Positions 25,065 through 36,060 of a stretch of 64,000 nt of DNA are shown here, piece by piece. Source of the DNA: Lingula anatina (lineage: Eukaryota > Animalia > Brachiopoda). Within the stretch, counting starts at the first letter, position 1. Every line of letters starts with the position of its first letter. Both the position numbers and the translations under genes were made by a program. The notes below the pieces were generated by a model that ran no database searches, was not told the origin of the DNA, and worked only from the letters and a program-made list of their open reading frames with translations. The DNA is taken from assembly GCA_051362555.1 (NCBI GenBank), contig CM120643.1, positions 10,044,001 to 10,108,000 of the forward strand. The letters run 5' to 3'.

Positions 25065-25682
25065 AAAATGGTTTGAACAAGAAATCGATTCAGCTCCATC
25101 CCCTAAAACAGACACTGCAATAGCGAATCTTGACAATTTTAAAAATGACTACAGTGCCCTGGGGGGACGATGAACAGAATAGTGACGTAATGGGGGTAGC
25201 AATCTATCTTCATAATTTACACGGTATTATAATGATTTTAATATTTCACATTTTGAACGTTTATTTTGGACTCTTCTGTATCTTCTGAGCTCCTTATCAA
25301 TTTTTATTTCGCATCCGTCAACCCAAAATTTTAATTTATGACCCTGACCATAGACTACATGTAGTTTTCACTTTATGCCTGTATAAGATGACGCGGCGTC
25401 TTGCTACCGCAACCTTATTTCGTGAAAAACACAGACGCTGCGAACTGTCATGATTACCAGACAAGGCTAGAAAGAAGATGACGACAATAGATACGCTCCA
25501 GGTAACAATTTATGTAAGGGCTTTCATCGTTTTAATCGTGGTCTAAATTATAAAATGTAAGATGCTTTTCACGGAAAGTATATGCGAGTGGGGAGTTTTT
25601 CTAACCTGCAAAGAGTACCTTTAATCTTCTGTCGATACCGATGGAATTACTGATTGATATAACAAAAAGAAAAATGATAAAT

Positions 25683-25769
25683 CGCCCAAACAGGGACTCG
25701 AACCCTGGACCCTCAGATAACTTAGTTATCCCTAAAAGTCTGATGCTCTACCGACTGAGCTATCCGGGC
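25683..25769 (-). tRNA. trnK-TTT: tRNA-Lys(TTT) with 14-nt intron, copy 2
   Basis: As copy 1, with intron GGGATAACTAAGTT and a C68T change giving a G5.U68 wobble. Confidence 0.9.
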
Positions 25770-26483
25770 GCCACGGACAATAAGGGTCGGTTGAAAAATC
25801 CGCTCACTCTCGACTGGGGTCGCGTTCAGAACGGTTTGATTAAGAATCGACTTAGCCCTTATTCCTGGATACAAACGATTTGATGGCTTACTTTAAAAAT
25901 TAGACGACTAGATATAAAAAAACGAAACAGATTAATGGGACTTTCCATGATAAGTATTTAAGTGAAATCATGCAAGAGTCTTGCAAATGAGCAGATGTGA
26001 ATGAATGTCGCTTAAAATTGATTGGATATCAGTGAAGCAGCCTATGTTTTTTTTTCTTTTGTTTTTTGTCTTTTTGAAAAAGTTTATTACATCGCCTTTA
26101 ACTTCAAGTTAATGTAAAAATATCTCCTACATCATTATGCACTGCCTCAAAGACATCCATTTGTGTCAAAGTCAACTTTTAGTTCGTAAACGCGAGATCC
26201 ATGGTTTGGAGATTGTTAGCTGAGATTTATGTTTTCTTTGACTCAAACAAAATGAAACCGTTTTGTAATTTTTTTTTTTCAAAAAAGAATTGTCCTATGA
26301 ATAATCCAGACTTAACTTTTCATTATTTTATCCTTTGAATTCTGTGTGCACGCGGGTGAAATGACTAATTTAAGGGTGTAAATGCATTCAAAGTGTCTTA
26401 CAAGACGATTCTTATTGAAACGAAGAAATAAATACGACAACCACTCATGTGGGAGTTGGGCATGAGGAAATATGTGTCAACGT

Positions 26484-26555
26484 GCGTGGATGGTGTAACG
26501 GTTAGCATGGTTGCCTTCCAAGCAGTCGATCCGGGTTCGACTCCCGGTCCTCGCA
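26484..26555 (+). tRNA. trnG-TCC: tRNA-Gly(TCC), copy 3
   Basis: Identical to copy 1, with TTTT terminator. Confidence 0.92.
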
Positions 26556-26863
26556 TTTTGCCAAATTTCAACCCGTGCTTAAACCACACAAGTTACGTCT
26601 CATGCAATATGCACTGCCTTGAAGACATGCATTTGTTGCAAAATGAACTTTTACGAAAAAGGATGGTTTCTTTTTATTTATCAGACTGAACTTCATTTAC
26701 ATTTTATTTCTTTTGCATTCTGTGTACGGCGGTTGAAATAAATAACTTTTTGTAAGTGTTTTCAAAATGTCTTAAAGAACGATTATCACTGAAACGATTA
26801 AAAATAAAATACGGCAACCACTCATCTGGGATTTTGGCCTAAGTCTCTGCCGTAACCAAACGT

Positions 26864-26910
26864 GCGTGGATGGTGTAACGGTTAGCATGGTTCGTCTCCC
26901 GGTCCTCGCA
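26864..26910 (+). pseudogene. tRNA-Gly with 25-nt internal deletion (anticodon arm and variable loop lost)
   Basis: GCGTGGATGGTGTAACGGTTAGCATGGTT|CGTCTCCCGGTCCTCGCA-TTTTG. The deletion joins two GGTT tetramers of the intact gene. Confidence 0.85.
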
Positions 26911-27095
26911 TTTTGCCAAATTTCAACCCCTATAAACCACACAAATAACATCTCCATAAAATAGGGCTGAATATTCGGTGACTAGAATCTTTAACATTCT
27001 TTAACAAAAATAAGTATTCCAGTGTTTAATAGATGCATAATGTTATTCTTTGTTAAATATATTACATTAAAAAACATACATGTATACGACAAGGC

Positions 27096-27150
27096 TGGTG
27101 TAACGGTTAGCTTGACTGTCTCTAAAGCAGTCGATCCGGGGTCCAGTCCA
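27096..27150 (+). pseudogene. tRNA-Gly-derived relic with anticodon loop CTCTAAA
   Basis: TGGTGTAACGGTTAGCTTGACTGTCTCTAAAGCAGTCGATCCGGGGTCC. Positional paralog of the 25018 relic; no B box or acceptor. Confidence 0.6.
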
Positions 27151-27179
27151 GAACTCTTCAATATCTTCTGAATGCCCCA

Positions 27180-27413
27180 TTAAAGGGATAACAACTGTTC
27201 GTTTTGGCCAAAAAATCAATTTTCCTCGGGTAAAGATATTATAATATAACCATCTATGGAGGTCACGTGGTCCAATGATAAGCACAATTTCCAGTATAAT
27301 TACTGTAACTGCCATTTTTGTGGTTAAATAGAATATATTATATTTCTATGGGTCGTTTACAATGAATTTATTGTGAAATATAGTTCTCTTACGAAGAGTT
27401 GTTATCCCTTTAT
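27180..27413. mobile_element. MITE with TTAA-type flanks and TIR AGGGATAAYAACTCTTCGT (Kolobok-like, tentative)
   Basis: TTAA-AGGGATAACAACTGTTCGT ... ACGAAGAGTTGTTATCCCT-TTAT. Inverted copy at 30651-30998; fragment at ~58088. Confidence 0.75.
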
Positions 27414-27721
27414 TTTTCTTTATGCATCCACGAATTAAAAAATTAACTTATGGCCCTGATCATATAGTTTTCACTTCATAACACAAGATGGCACGGTGTT
27501 TTGCTGCCGCAACCCTGTTTCGTGTAAAAATACAGAGCTGACGTTGCTACCAGACAAGGCTGAAAAGATGATAACGACACTAGATACGCTTCAGATAAAT
27601 ATTATTTTAGTTGTTTTGTCGTCTTTACTCTTTAAATAAGCAAATAAAATAAGCTTATCAGGACAAATATATGACAGAGGATAATTTTCTAACACGTGAA
27701 GAGTTCCTTTAATTTTTCCTC

Positions 27722-28048
27722 AATGCGTTCGATGCCGGAGAGACAGGAATGATAGTCCTAGGAATGGAAGTCCGGGGTGCCATATGATTAGTACAGATAA
27801 GGGTTATTTGGGGTATTGGGGTTAGAATATGGGACGAATGGCACCTGTACAAAGTAATAGGAAGCGGACTACGGTTCCTAGCGGACTTCCATTCCTGTTT
27901 CACCGGTTTAAAGAAACTGGAAGTCCGCCCATCATGTAGTTATAATGGTCAGGGCTTGCCAAAATGGTTCAAAATCTCGTATACCTGTACAAATGAATGG
28001 GAAAGGGACTCTCTATCTTGGGGGAATCTCTGTCACGTTACACCTGTG
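27722..28048. mobile_element. ~330-bp composite insertion (Helentron/HINE-like non-autonomous elements, tentative) in the third tRNA unit
   Basis: Absent at the equivalent position in units 1 and 2 (there TCGAT.CCGAT.GAATTACT is contiguous). Contains the internal inverted repeat GCGGACTTCCA/TGGAAGTCCGC and ends CTCTGTCACGTTACACC. Confidence 0.55.
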
Positions 28049-28089
28049 GTATTATTGACCAATTTAACAAAAGGAAAAAAGGTGAGAAT

Positions 28090-28176
28090 CGCCCGAACAG
28101 GGACTCGAACCCTGGACCCTCAGATAACTTAGTCATCCGTAAAAGTGTGATGCTCTACCGACTGAGCTATCCGGGC
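28090..28176 (-). tRNA. trnK-TTT: tRNA-Lys(TTT) with 14-nt intron, copy 3 (G30C mismatch; possibly impaired)
   Basis: Anticodon stem 5' strand TCACA instead of TCAGA (C30.C40 mismatch); intron CGGATGACTAAGTT. Confidence 0.75.
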
Positions 28177-28851
28177 GCCACGGACAAGTCGAGTCGGTTG
28201 GAAAATCCGCTCACGCTCGACTGAGGTCCCGTTCAGAACAGTTTGATCAAAATCTATCTTAGTCCTAATTCATGGATACAGACGCCTTGACGGCTTACTT
28301 AAACAATTAGACGACTAGATATAATAATTCGAAACAGATTAATGGGATTTTACATAGTAAGCATTTAAGTGAATTCATGGAAGAGCCTTGCAAATAAGCT
28401 GATCTGAATGAATATCCACGAAGCAGCCTTTGTTTTTTGTCTTTTTAAAAAGTTTATATTGCCTTTAACTTCAAGTAAATGCAAAAATATCTCCTATATC
28501 ATTATGCACTGCCTCAAAGACATCCATTTGATGTAAGTCACCTTTTATTTCTTATACGCGGCATCCATGGTTTGAAGATTGATAGCTGAGGTAAATGTTT
28601 TATTTGACTATATAAAACAATGTGAAAACCGTTTTGTAAATTTTTACGAAAAAAGATGGTCCAATGAATAATCCAGACTTAACTTTTCATTATTTTTTTC
28701 CTTTGAATTCTGTGTGCACGCAGATGAAATGCATAATTTAAGGGTCTAAATGAACTCAAAGTGTCTTACAAGACGATTCTTATTGAAACGAAGAAATAAA
28801 TACGACAACCACTTATGTGGGAGTTGGGCATGAGGAAATATGTGTCAACGT

Positions 28852-28923
28852 GCGTGGATGGTGTAACGGTTAGCATGGTTGCCTTCCAAGCAGTCGATCC
28901 GGGTTCGACTCCCGGTCCTCGCA
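28852..28923 (+). tRNA. trnG-TCC: tRNA-Gly(TCC), copy 4
   Basis: Identical to copy 1. About 700 bp of upstream flank is homologous to that of copy 3. Confidence 0.92.
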
Positions 28924-28987
28924 TTTTGCCAAATTTCAACCCCTGTAAACCACACAAATAACATGTCCTACAGATCTCCATAAAACA

Positions 28988-29361
28988 GGTTGGCCCCTGG
29001 GTCGGGGCAAGTTGGCGCCTTATACGAAAATCAAGTAAGTATCCCATGTAAACGCCTCGAAATACATTTGTAAACACTTTCGATTTATTATATTGATTTT
29101 TGAGATGTGATTTTTGAAATCTATGAAAATAGATTTTTAAATCTCTTAAACAAATTTACTTTTAGGTGCAAAAATCGTTTATTTCAACTCACAGCTAAAG
29201 TTTAACTTTTTAACGTCCGACACTTCCTTAGCATTGTAGGCTACGGTCACTTTACAAGAGCATGTGGCCATTTTTTTTTTACCTCGTAGTTATTTTTTCA
29301 TAAATTTATGGGGGGCCAACTTACATATACCCCGGGGTCTAACTAGCCCCGGTCTCCCCTA
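28988..29361. mobile_element. MITE remnant with TAGGGGAGACCGGGGCTAGTT terminus
   Basis: Right end AACTAGCCCCGGTCTCCCCTA with subterminal GGGGCCAAC. The left end GGTTGGCCCC...CGGGGCAAGTTGGC is the inverted counterpart, truncated. Confidence 0.55.
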
Positions 29362-29885
29362 AAATAAATCAAGGGAATCCCTAATAATTAACCATACGTT
29401 TTCACAAATAAAAAGTGCATCGATCGTGACGGGCTTCTTACACCAAACCACATTTTTTTGCACCGATTAATATGTAGGCCTACTAAATTAATCACTGTCC
29501 ACGAGCCCGATATACACGATAGCATGCTGAGTAGTTGGCTGATTTCCTGCCCATCTTCCGCACGTGGCAGTCATTGTATCGGTCCCTGCAATCCTTTTGT
29601 TTTGATTACAGCCCCGTGGTATGTATATAAAAAATCCACTTACCTCCCTATCCAAGCAGCAAGTGTCAAAATAGTTGTTTAAACAAAGAAACACTCCGCC
29701 ATCTTTGACGCCTTTTTCATCACTAACGCATGATGACCTATTTTCCCGCGCCTGTGATTCGTCAAATCTTGGAAGAATCTCGGAAGTCTCAACGCCTCGT
29801 GATTGGCTAGTGAGCAGATCTTGGAAGAATCTTGGAAGGTTTTGAGGGACGCGATTGGCTGATTTTAGGCAGACTGTTGAGAGGC

Positions 29886-30017
29886 TACCCTCTACCAGGG
29901 CGACAGATTGTTGTCAACAGACCAAAAGGACCGTCTATTTATCTATCAGTTCGTGGACCGTCTATTTATCTAGAGGCATATCTGTGGAAAATCAATCTGT
30001 CGCCCTGGTAGAGGGTA
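29886..30017. mobile_element. CCCTCTACCAGGG-family MITE, best-preserved copy
   Basis: TA-CCCTCTACCAGGGCGACAGATTG ... CAATCTGTCGCCCTGGTAGAGGG-TA: perfect 23-bp TIRs plus TA flanks. Confidence 0.9.
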
Positions 30018-30650
30018 ATGAGAGGCCGGGAGACCTGGAGAGGCGCAAACCAGGCTCCTTATGCTTGTTTTTCGGAAGAACGAGCGTCCACAAACGACAA
30101 GGGCAAAGTTTGTTCCTCTCACTCATCCAAAAATAACTATAAAAATAATGTTATTACATTTTATAAGTCGAGGGGTGTATGCTAAATAACAAACAATCAA
30201 ATTAAAACCTATCCATCTTAAACTGAGACTGCATTACGGAGTATAACGAATATCAACTAAACCAAATTACAGGTGTGTCGGTAATCTTCGTCTGTTAAAA
30301 TTATCACACACCCCATTTGTGTTTTATGATTAAGCTACTGGTTCAGTAATGTCACGTTAGGAAAATGAATGCCAGCAAATTATTTCGACGTCTCATTTTT
30401 CTTAAATTTTTTACTACTGTCCAAGATAGGTTTCGAGGATATTTTTTAGTCTCGACATAAAGTACAAACTATAAAGTACACTTTTACGATGTTTTATCAT
30501 AAGGTTAATATAAAGCTTAAACCTTTTTGAATAGCCAATCAATAAATAATGAAATTTTCATTCAATCGATCCTTTTTCTCTGTGAAACCATTTGTTACCT
30601 TCAAATGTAAATTTATCTGATGGATATTCTAATTTAAACTGCATTGTTGC

Positions 30651-30998
30651 TTAAAGGGATAATAACTCTTCGTATGAAATCTGTATTTCACAATAAAAAC
30701 ATTGTGAGTGACTCATAAAAATATAATATATTCTGTTTTCCCACAAAAACGGCTGTTATAGCTATTATTCTGATATCTGAGCTTGTATTTAGACCACGTG
30801 ACCTCCATTGATGGCTGTACTCTGTTAAAATCTCTTAAGAGATTTTAACAAAAAAACCAAACTTTAAAAAAAAAAAAAACAGAGACTAACTTTGAATGTA
30901 AAAATGGATTCACAAACCATTGGTAAGTATGGGAAAATTGTTGTTTACTCCAGGAAAATTCATTTTTTGGCCGAAACGAAGAGCTATTATCACTTTAA
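30651..30998. mobile_element. TTAA-flanked MITE (same family as 27180-27413, opposite orientation)
   Basis: TTAA-AGGGATAATAACTCTTCGT ... ACGAAGAGCTATTATCACT-TTAA. Internal GACCACGTGACCTCCAT is the reverse complement of ~27256-27272. Confidence 0.8.
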
Positions 30999-31179
30999 AA
31001 GAACGTTCAAGCAAGATCAATCACCGAACACTACTGAGGTACATGCTGCATTTGAGGAGAAATATATTAAAATATGAATGAATGAATGAATGAATGAGTG
31101 AATGAATGCCAAAAAGTATATATAACTGAGTTAGGAGAAAGCGTTTAAGTCTTTAAACAGTCGAAGATTTTTAATTCTC

Positions 31180-31210
<31 letters not shown>

Positions 31211-33684
31211 AAGAAATTTACGTCCATTATATTTTCGCCAAGCTACTTAAATGCACGCCTGTGCAAACAATGTTTCTGCATTTCTTCAGCTGTAGGGCTA
31301 CACTTTTTATACTTTTTTCCTTTACGGGATGGACGAAAGATCAAGGAAAAAGAAATGATTGTCAATTTGTCAGGTTTCGCAACTAACACACTTGAAAGAT
31401 AAAGCTCGTTAGGTGCAATAGTCTGCTAAATCATTGTTGTAAGACAAGGACTAGCTTTAAAAAAAAAAAAAAAAACTTTTGGCAGCTCTTTATTTTGTTT
31501 TATTTAACCAGCAGTAAATAACCTGTGCTTAATTGATCTAAAATTGTGCATTATTCTAAAAAGAAATATACTCACTAATTTCTGTGTATATCTGCAACTT
31601 GTAAATCACTACGACTTCAATAAACTATATATTTATTAAACAATTTGGGAGTGGGGGCGGGGGAAGGGTACATGCCAGCTGTTGATGATGGCTCGGCCAT
31701 TGTATTTACGCATATGTATATATAAATATGTATGAACTGTCAGCATTCCATTCCGAATTCAGCTGCCAGTTGAACTTTTCTCTTTCATCTCTTCTTATTA
31801 AGCCCGAGTATGTTAGTTCGTGCTTTGCATGACATGCTGAACACACGGCTTACTAAGTGCCGCAGGTGCGAGGTGACTTTCCCTACCCAAACAGAACCTG
31901 TTTGATACTATTTATTCCAGTGGAATATCTCTGATGAATATTATACTCTCTCTCTCTCTCTCTCTCTCTCTGCGCGCGGGAGAGCGCGCGTGTTCTTTAA
32001 TGTTATTTGAATCTGAATTTTCGGATGTTTTTATTAACCTGGTGTACATTGAAATATGTCCATTTTACACAAAAAAATATGAAAAATGGTCGTTAAGACA
32101 GACAAGACATGTCAGTTCCTTTTTGTTTTCTTTTACTCATTGTTTCCCTATTTCAATCTTTCTTATAAACACATTCCTATTATTTGCAGACGTCCTCTTC
32201 GTATGTTCCCTTTGTCTTATTCTTATTCCAGTTGCCATTTTTTAAATAATTCTTACAATCCTCATTCCCCTATTTAGATTACATCTTACTCCACAACCCT
32301 GTTAGCTTTCGTGCCGTGCAGTTGCACCCTGCGTTTCAGAGGTCACTGGAATCTTGAAGCGACAGAAGCACGCTGAAAACGGAGCAGAGTAAAATTTCCA
32401 GACATCCCTGGAACTCAGGGTACGCAGAGCGGATTTTCAGGAGCGGCAACCTGCCATCAGAGAGTGGAATTTAAAAGCAGGAAAATCATCATTTCTGTCA
32501 TACCAAACAGCTCTGCAGAAAACGCTGTAATTAAAGAATGAAGAATTAAGACAGCTGACAGGTGGGAGGCTAAAGGTATAGTCAAGACGTTATCGTTTGT
32601 GAAGTTTTGAGGTTTCTTGCTGAAGTTGCAGAGAAACCTACCAATATACGAGTGCCACTTTTACTCTGTGCTCCTGGAACACCCTGGTACGTGTACCACG
32701 GGGGGGGGGGGGGGGGGGGGGGAGTATTATCCTGAAGCATTCAGACATCAAAATATTTTTTTTCGAAGAATTTTGCAATCGCCCACTCATGCCTTCCTGC
32801 CTTCCACCCCACACGATTGAAACTAAATCCGGCACATAAATTATTTCAATGAGACAAAAACTTTAAAACGAACTTAATAAATACTTTGCTAGTACCTAAT
32901 ACGTTTTGTCTCGAAGAATACGAAATACGAAATACGGAGGCATAAATAATGCATGGCTGTATTTCCTGTTATTAATGCACGGGTATCACAACGGTAATGC
33001 CTACTAATGGTTTTAGTAAGTGATAATAATGTTATATAAAATAATAAGCCCTTCTGATACGTTTTGTTGGAAAGCAATTAAATGGTGGTGAGCTACATCA
33101 TGACGTTTTCAAACCCACGCAGCACACTATATGAACTTGTGCGGCAGATTGAAAAAAAAAGATAAAGGCTTTGCCGTAGTCCCATATACGGGTATGAACA
33201 TAAAAAATTGACAAGGATCATTAAATTTCACTTGCTCTTAATTCCACTTGCTCCTAATTTCTCTACACACAATATTCAAAATGTCTGTAGTGTCATACAT
33301 GTAGCTTATACCGCTTCAGCTGTTGTTTTTACATTTTAACTTAAATAACAGTATATGGCATCTACAGAGGTGAGAAGGGTCTGTACTTTAAAGAACTAGG
33401 GCACTTTTGTTTGGAAAATGTTAGACCTAGATCAAAAGACGGTTCGTTGTGCATTAGGCAAAAACACATGAAATTTAAGTTAAGACAGAGACATCACGTT
33501 CACGCGTACATTTATTCCACAGAATTATTCCAAACACTTAACAGAAAACAACATTATCCCGTGCATGAAACATTATGATTTATGAGTAACATTAGGTATG
33601 GTGTATTCATTTTTCAGAGAGCAAGAAAAATTATCTAAAGGTTATGATACACTCTAGCACAATGAACTGATGATAGCCTATGTG

Positions 33685-33819
33685 TACCCTCTACAAGGAC
33701 CACATATTGATTTTTCACAAAATATTCACAGATATGTCTTTAGATAAATAAACTGTCATTTTACTATCTCTGGCTTTTGGGTATTTTCCCTATAATATCT
33801 GTCACCCTGGTAGAAGGTA
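33685..33819. mobile_element. CCCTCTACCAGGG-family MITE
   Basis: TACCCTCTACAAGGACCACATATTG ... ATCTGTCACCCTGGTAGAAGGTA. Confidence 0.75.
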
Positions 33820-33883
33820 GCTTATATGCAGCAATTTAGTATATTATGTAGCTGCTGCGGCAACCTTATCAGTATAATTTCAC

Positions 33884-34125
33884 CTCCCTTAGCAAAATAT
33901 CAGGCCTGCTGCATATTTGCAGCAAATGTGCTGCAATGTTGCTGAAAACTGCAATTCCTTCTTGCAAAATAGCAGCAATTTTGCTGCAATATGGCTGCAA
34001 ATTAGCAGCAAGAACATTTTTCTTGCAAACTCCTTCAAACTCCTTGCTGCAATCTTTTAGTATGCAGCAATATTACTGCAATATTGTTGCAATATTGCGG
34101 CAACCTTTTCATTTTGCTAAGGGAG
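33884..34125. mobile_element. Non-autonomous DNA element with perfect 15-bp TIRs and many internal TTGCTGCAA/TTGCAGCAA repeats (EnSpm/CACTA-like architecture, tentative)
   Basis: CTCCCTTAGCAAAAT ... ATTTTGCTAAGGGAG, with more than 10 GCTGCA/TGCAGC-type motifs in both orientations. Confidence 0.75.
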
Positions 34126-34920
34126 CTTGTATAATGTACTATTCAAAACATGGTTAGCAAAAACTACGGTTTCGTGGCTCATTGCCTCCACCACAGACTA
34201 AAGGTCTTTTTTTTTGTCGAGCGTTATTAAGTCCCCCCTCGGTATTTATGATAACCCAGGGCACCAATGGTTATCTTTTTAACCATTCAGCTCAGATATA
34301 ACACTTGCTGTGAAAAGACTTTAAATATCTGAGCTGAACTAGTGCATCTTTCCTTTGAAACCCATCCAAAATGATTTTTAAAAAAAATATTTTATTAAAA
34401 TAACCCATAAAACCGGGTTTTATTTGAACGTGTCAAAACATTTGATTATTTCAGATTGTTTAAGAGTTCACATTTAAGGAAGGGGTGTGGGGTATATTTC
34501 CCTTAATTAGTGTGGGATATGGTTGGTGCGTATTACATGTATACTGACAGGCAATGAAAACGCATCATTTATTTATCAAATAATATTTTATGTTCCTTTG
34601 GAACATTAAGAAAAACAGTTTTCGTGTGAAATATGACCAATTATTCAGTCAAACAAGGTGACTCTCTTATGATCAAACAAGTGCATTTGTACTCGTTTAT
34701 ATGGTTGGAATCGATTCTCTGTAAAAAAAAGTACAAGAAAGTTTTCTGATGCGTTTTCATTGACTGTCAGTATATTTAGACATAATTTAGCTAAGGACTG
34801 TATTTTTTCACACAAAAAAGCATTCAGTGGTAGTGAAATTACTGTGTAGTATTTGGTTATTCTAAATTCTAACAATATCGTAGGCAACCATCGTAGTATT
34901 TTCTAAATCAATAACGTTTT

Positions 34921-36060
34921 TCACAATGGCGACGTGCTAATAACCCTTCTCTTTGCAGAGATGGTAAAGCTGGCATCACGGGGGCTGTCCATACAAGGAC
35001 ACATCGGCAAAAACTCTCGACTAAAAGCTCCCCTGAACTCCTTCGAAACAAAGTTATAAAGAATGGGATTTAAGCAAGAGTTGGCAAAAGTAAGAACGGT
35101 GAAAAACAGCTGTGCCACAGCTCGGATTTCTTGGCTACACGCAAAGTGCTGATGGCCATCATCCGTCGCATGTATGATGACGTTATACATGAACAATATC
35201 ATAGATGGCGCCCAGCATATAAGAAAAACTGCAAACAATATAGTCACCAGCACCATCAGCCTCTTCAGCGCTCTTCGCGGGGAATTATGAGTACTCTCCA
35301 CGTGCTGACACGGCACATGTGCCAAATTTTCCTGCTCATCTCTGACTTGGCGAGCTTGGATGATTATAAGAATTGACAGAACGGCGATGATTATGACAGG
35401 GAGCGTGAAATCAATGCCAAAGATCACGGTCACGTAGATGTAATAGAGTGAAGCGTCTGCTTGTATTCCACACACACGTTCTTCAGTCTCGTGCATTATA
35501 AACAACAAGGGCGCATTCAGCACGAGCATGACAGCCCACGTGACACAACTGGCCTTTATGGCGGTACTACGGTGAAGAATCTTCCGCAGAACAAAAGGGT
35601 ACTTCAGCCCAGCAAATCGAAGTAGGCAGATAGAGACCAATGAATAAATACTCACACCCATGGATACGTAAAATGAATAGTACGTTGTCTTGCAAAGAAA
35701 AGGACTGATGCGAATTTTTCTATCGGTAGCGATGAAGAGAGCGTTGATCGGCAGGCATAATACATTGAATAATAAATCTGCAATTGCCAAATTGAGGAAC
35801 AAAATGTTCATGCGTCTGTTTTTATAGACGACGTAAATTACCATAGAGTTTCCCGTGATTCCGACAAAGCAAAACACACCTATTATAAACGGAAGTACAA
35901 CTTTTACGATTTCGTAATCTACTTGCCAGTGGCATGTGACATTCATCGCATCAGCAGAACTGGAATCGCCTGTAAAATTGAAGCCGTTTGTGAAATTTAT
36001 GTCCTTCGTAAAGTACGATCCACATGATGCATTATATACTTCTTGTTGTAAAGCGTTCAT
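34921..36060 (-). CDS. Intronless class A GPCR, allatostatin-A/galanin-receptor-like (orphan), ~379 aa
   Basis: Seven hydrophobic segments with GITGNSMV (TM1), NLAIADLLF (TM2), FLCK...SIYSLVSICLLRF (TM3), CWAP (TM6), NSCLNPILYNFVSKEFR (TM7/H8). N-glycosylation sequons in the N-terminus. First ATG at 36060; the ORF track start at 36093 is a TTG. Confidence 0.9.
   Translation of the reverse strand: MNALQQEVYNASCGSYFTKDINFTNGFNFTGDSSSADAMNVTCHWQVDYEIVKVVLPFIIGVFCFVGITGNSMVIYVVYKNRRMNILFLNLAIADLLFNVLCLPINALFIATDRKIRISPFLCKTTYYSFYVSMGVSIYSLVSICLLRFAGLKYPFVLRKILHRSTAIKASCVTWAVMLVLNAPLLFIMHETEERVCGIQADASLYYIYVTVIFGIDFTLPVIIIAVLSILIIIQARQVRDEQENLAHVPCQHVESTHNSPRRALKRLMVLVTILFAVFLICWAPSMILFMYNVIIHATDDGHQHFACSQEIRAVAQLFFTVLTFANSCLNPILYNFVSKEFRGAFSREFLPMCPCMDSPRDASFTISAKRRVISTSPL

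Noticed and set aside
27096-27150. Functional amber-suppressor tRNA
   Set aside because: No B box, T arm or acceptor stem; kept only as a relic.
25641-29077. Repeated short ORFs (NRPNRDSNPGPSDN..., MRGPGVEPGSTAWKATML...)
   Set aside because: These are translations of tRNA genes and their flanks, not proteins.
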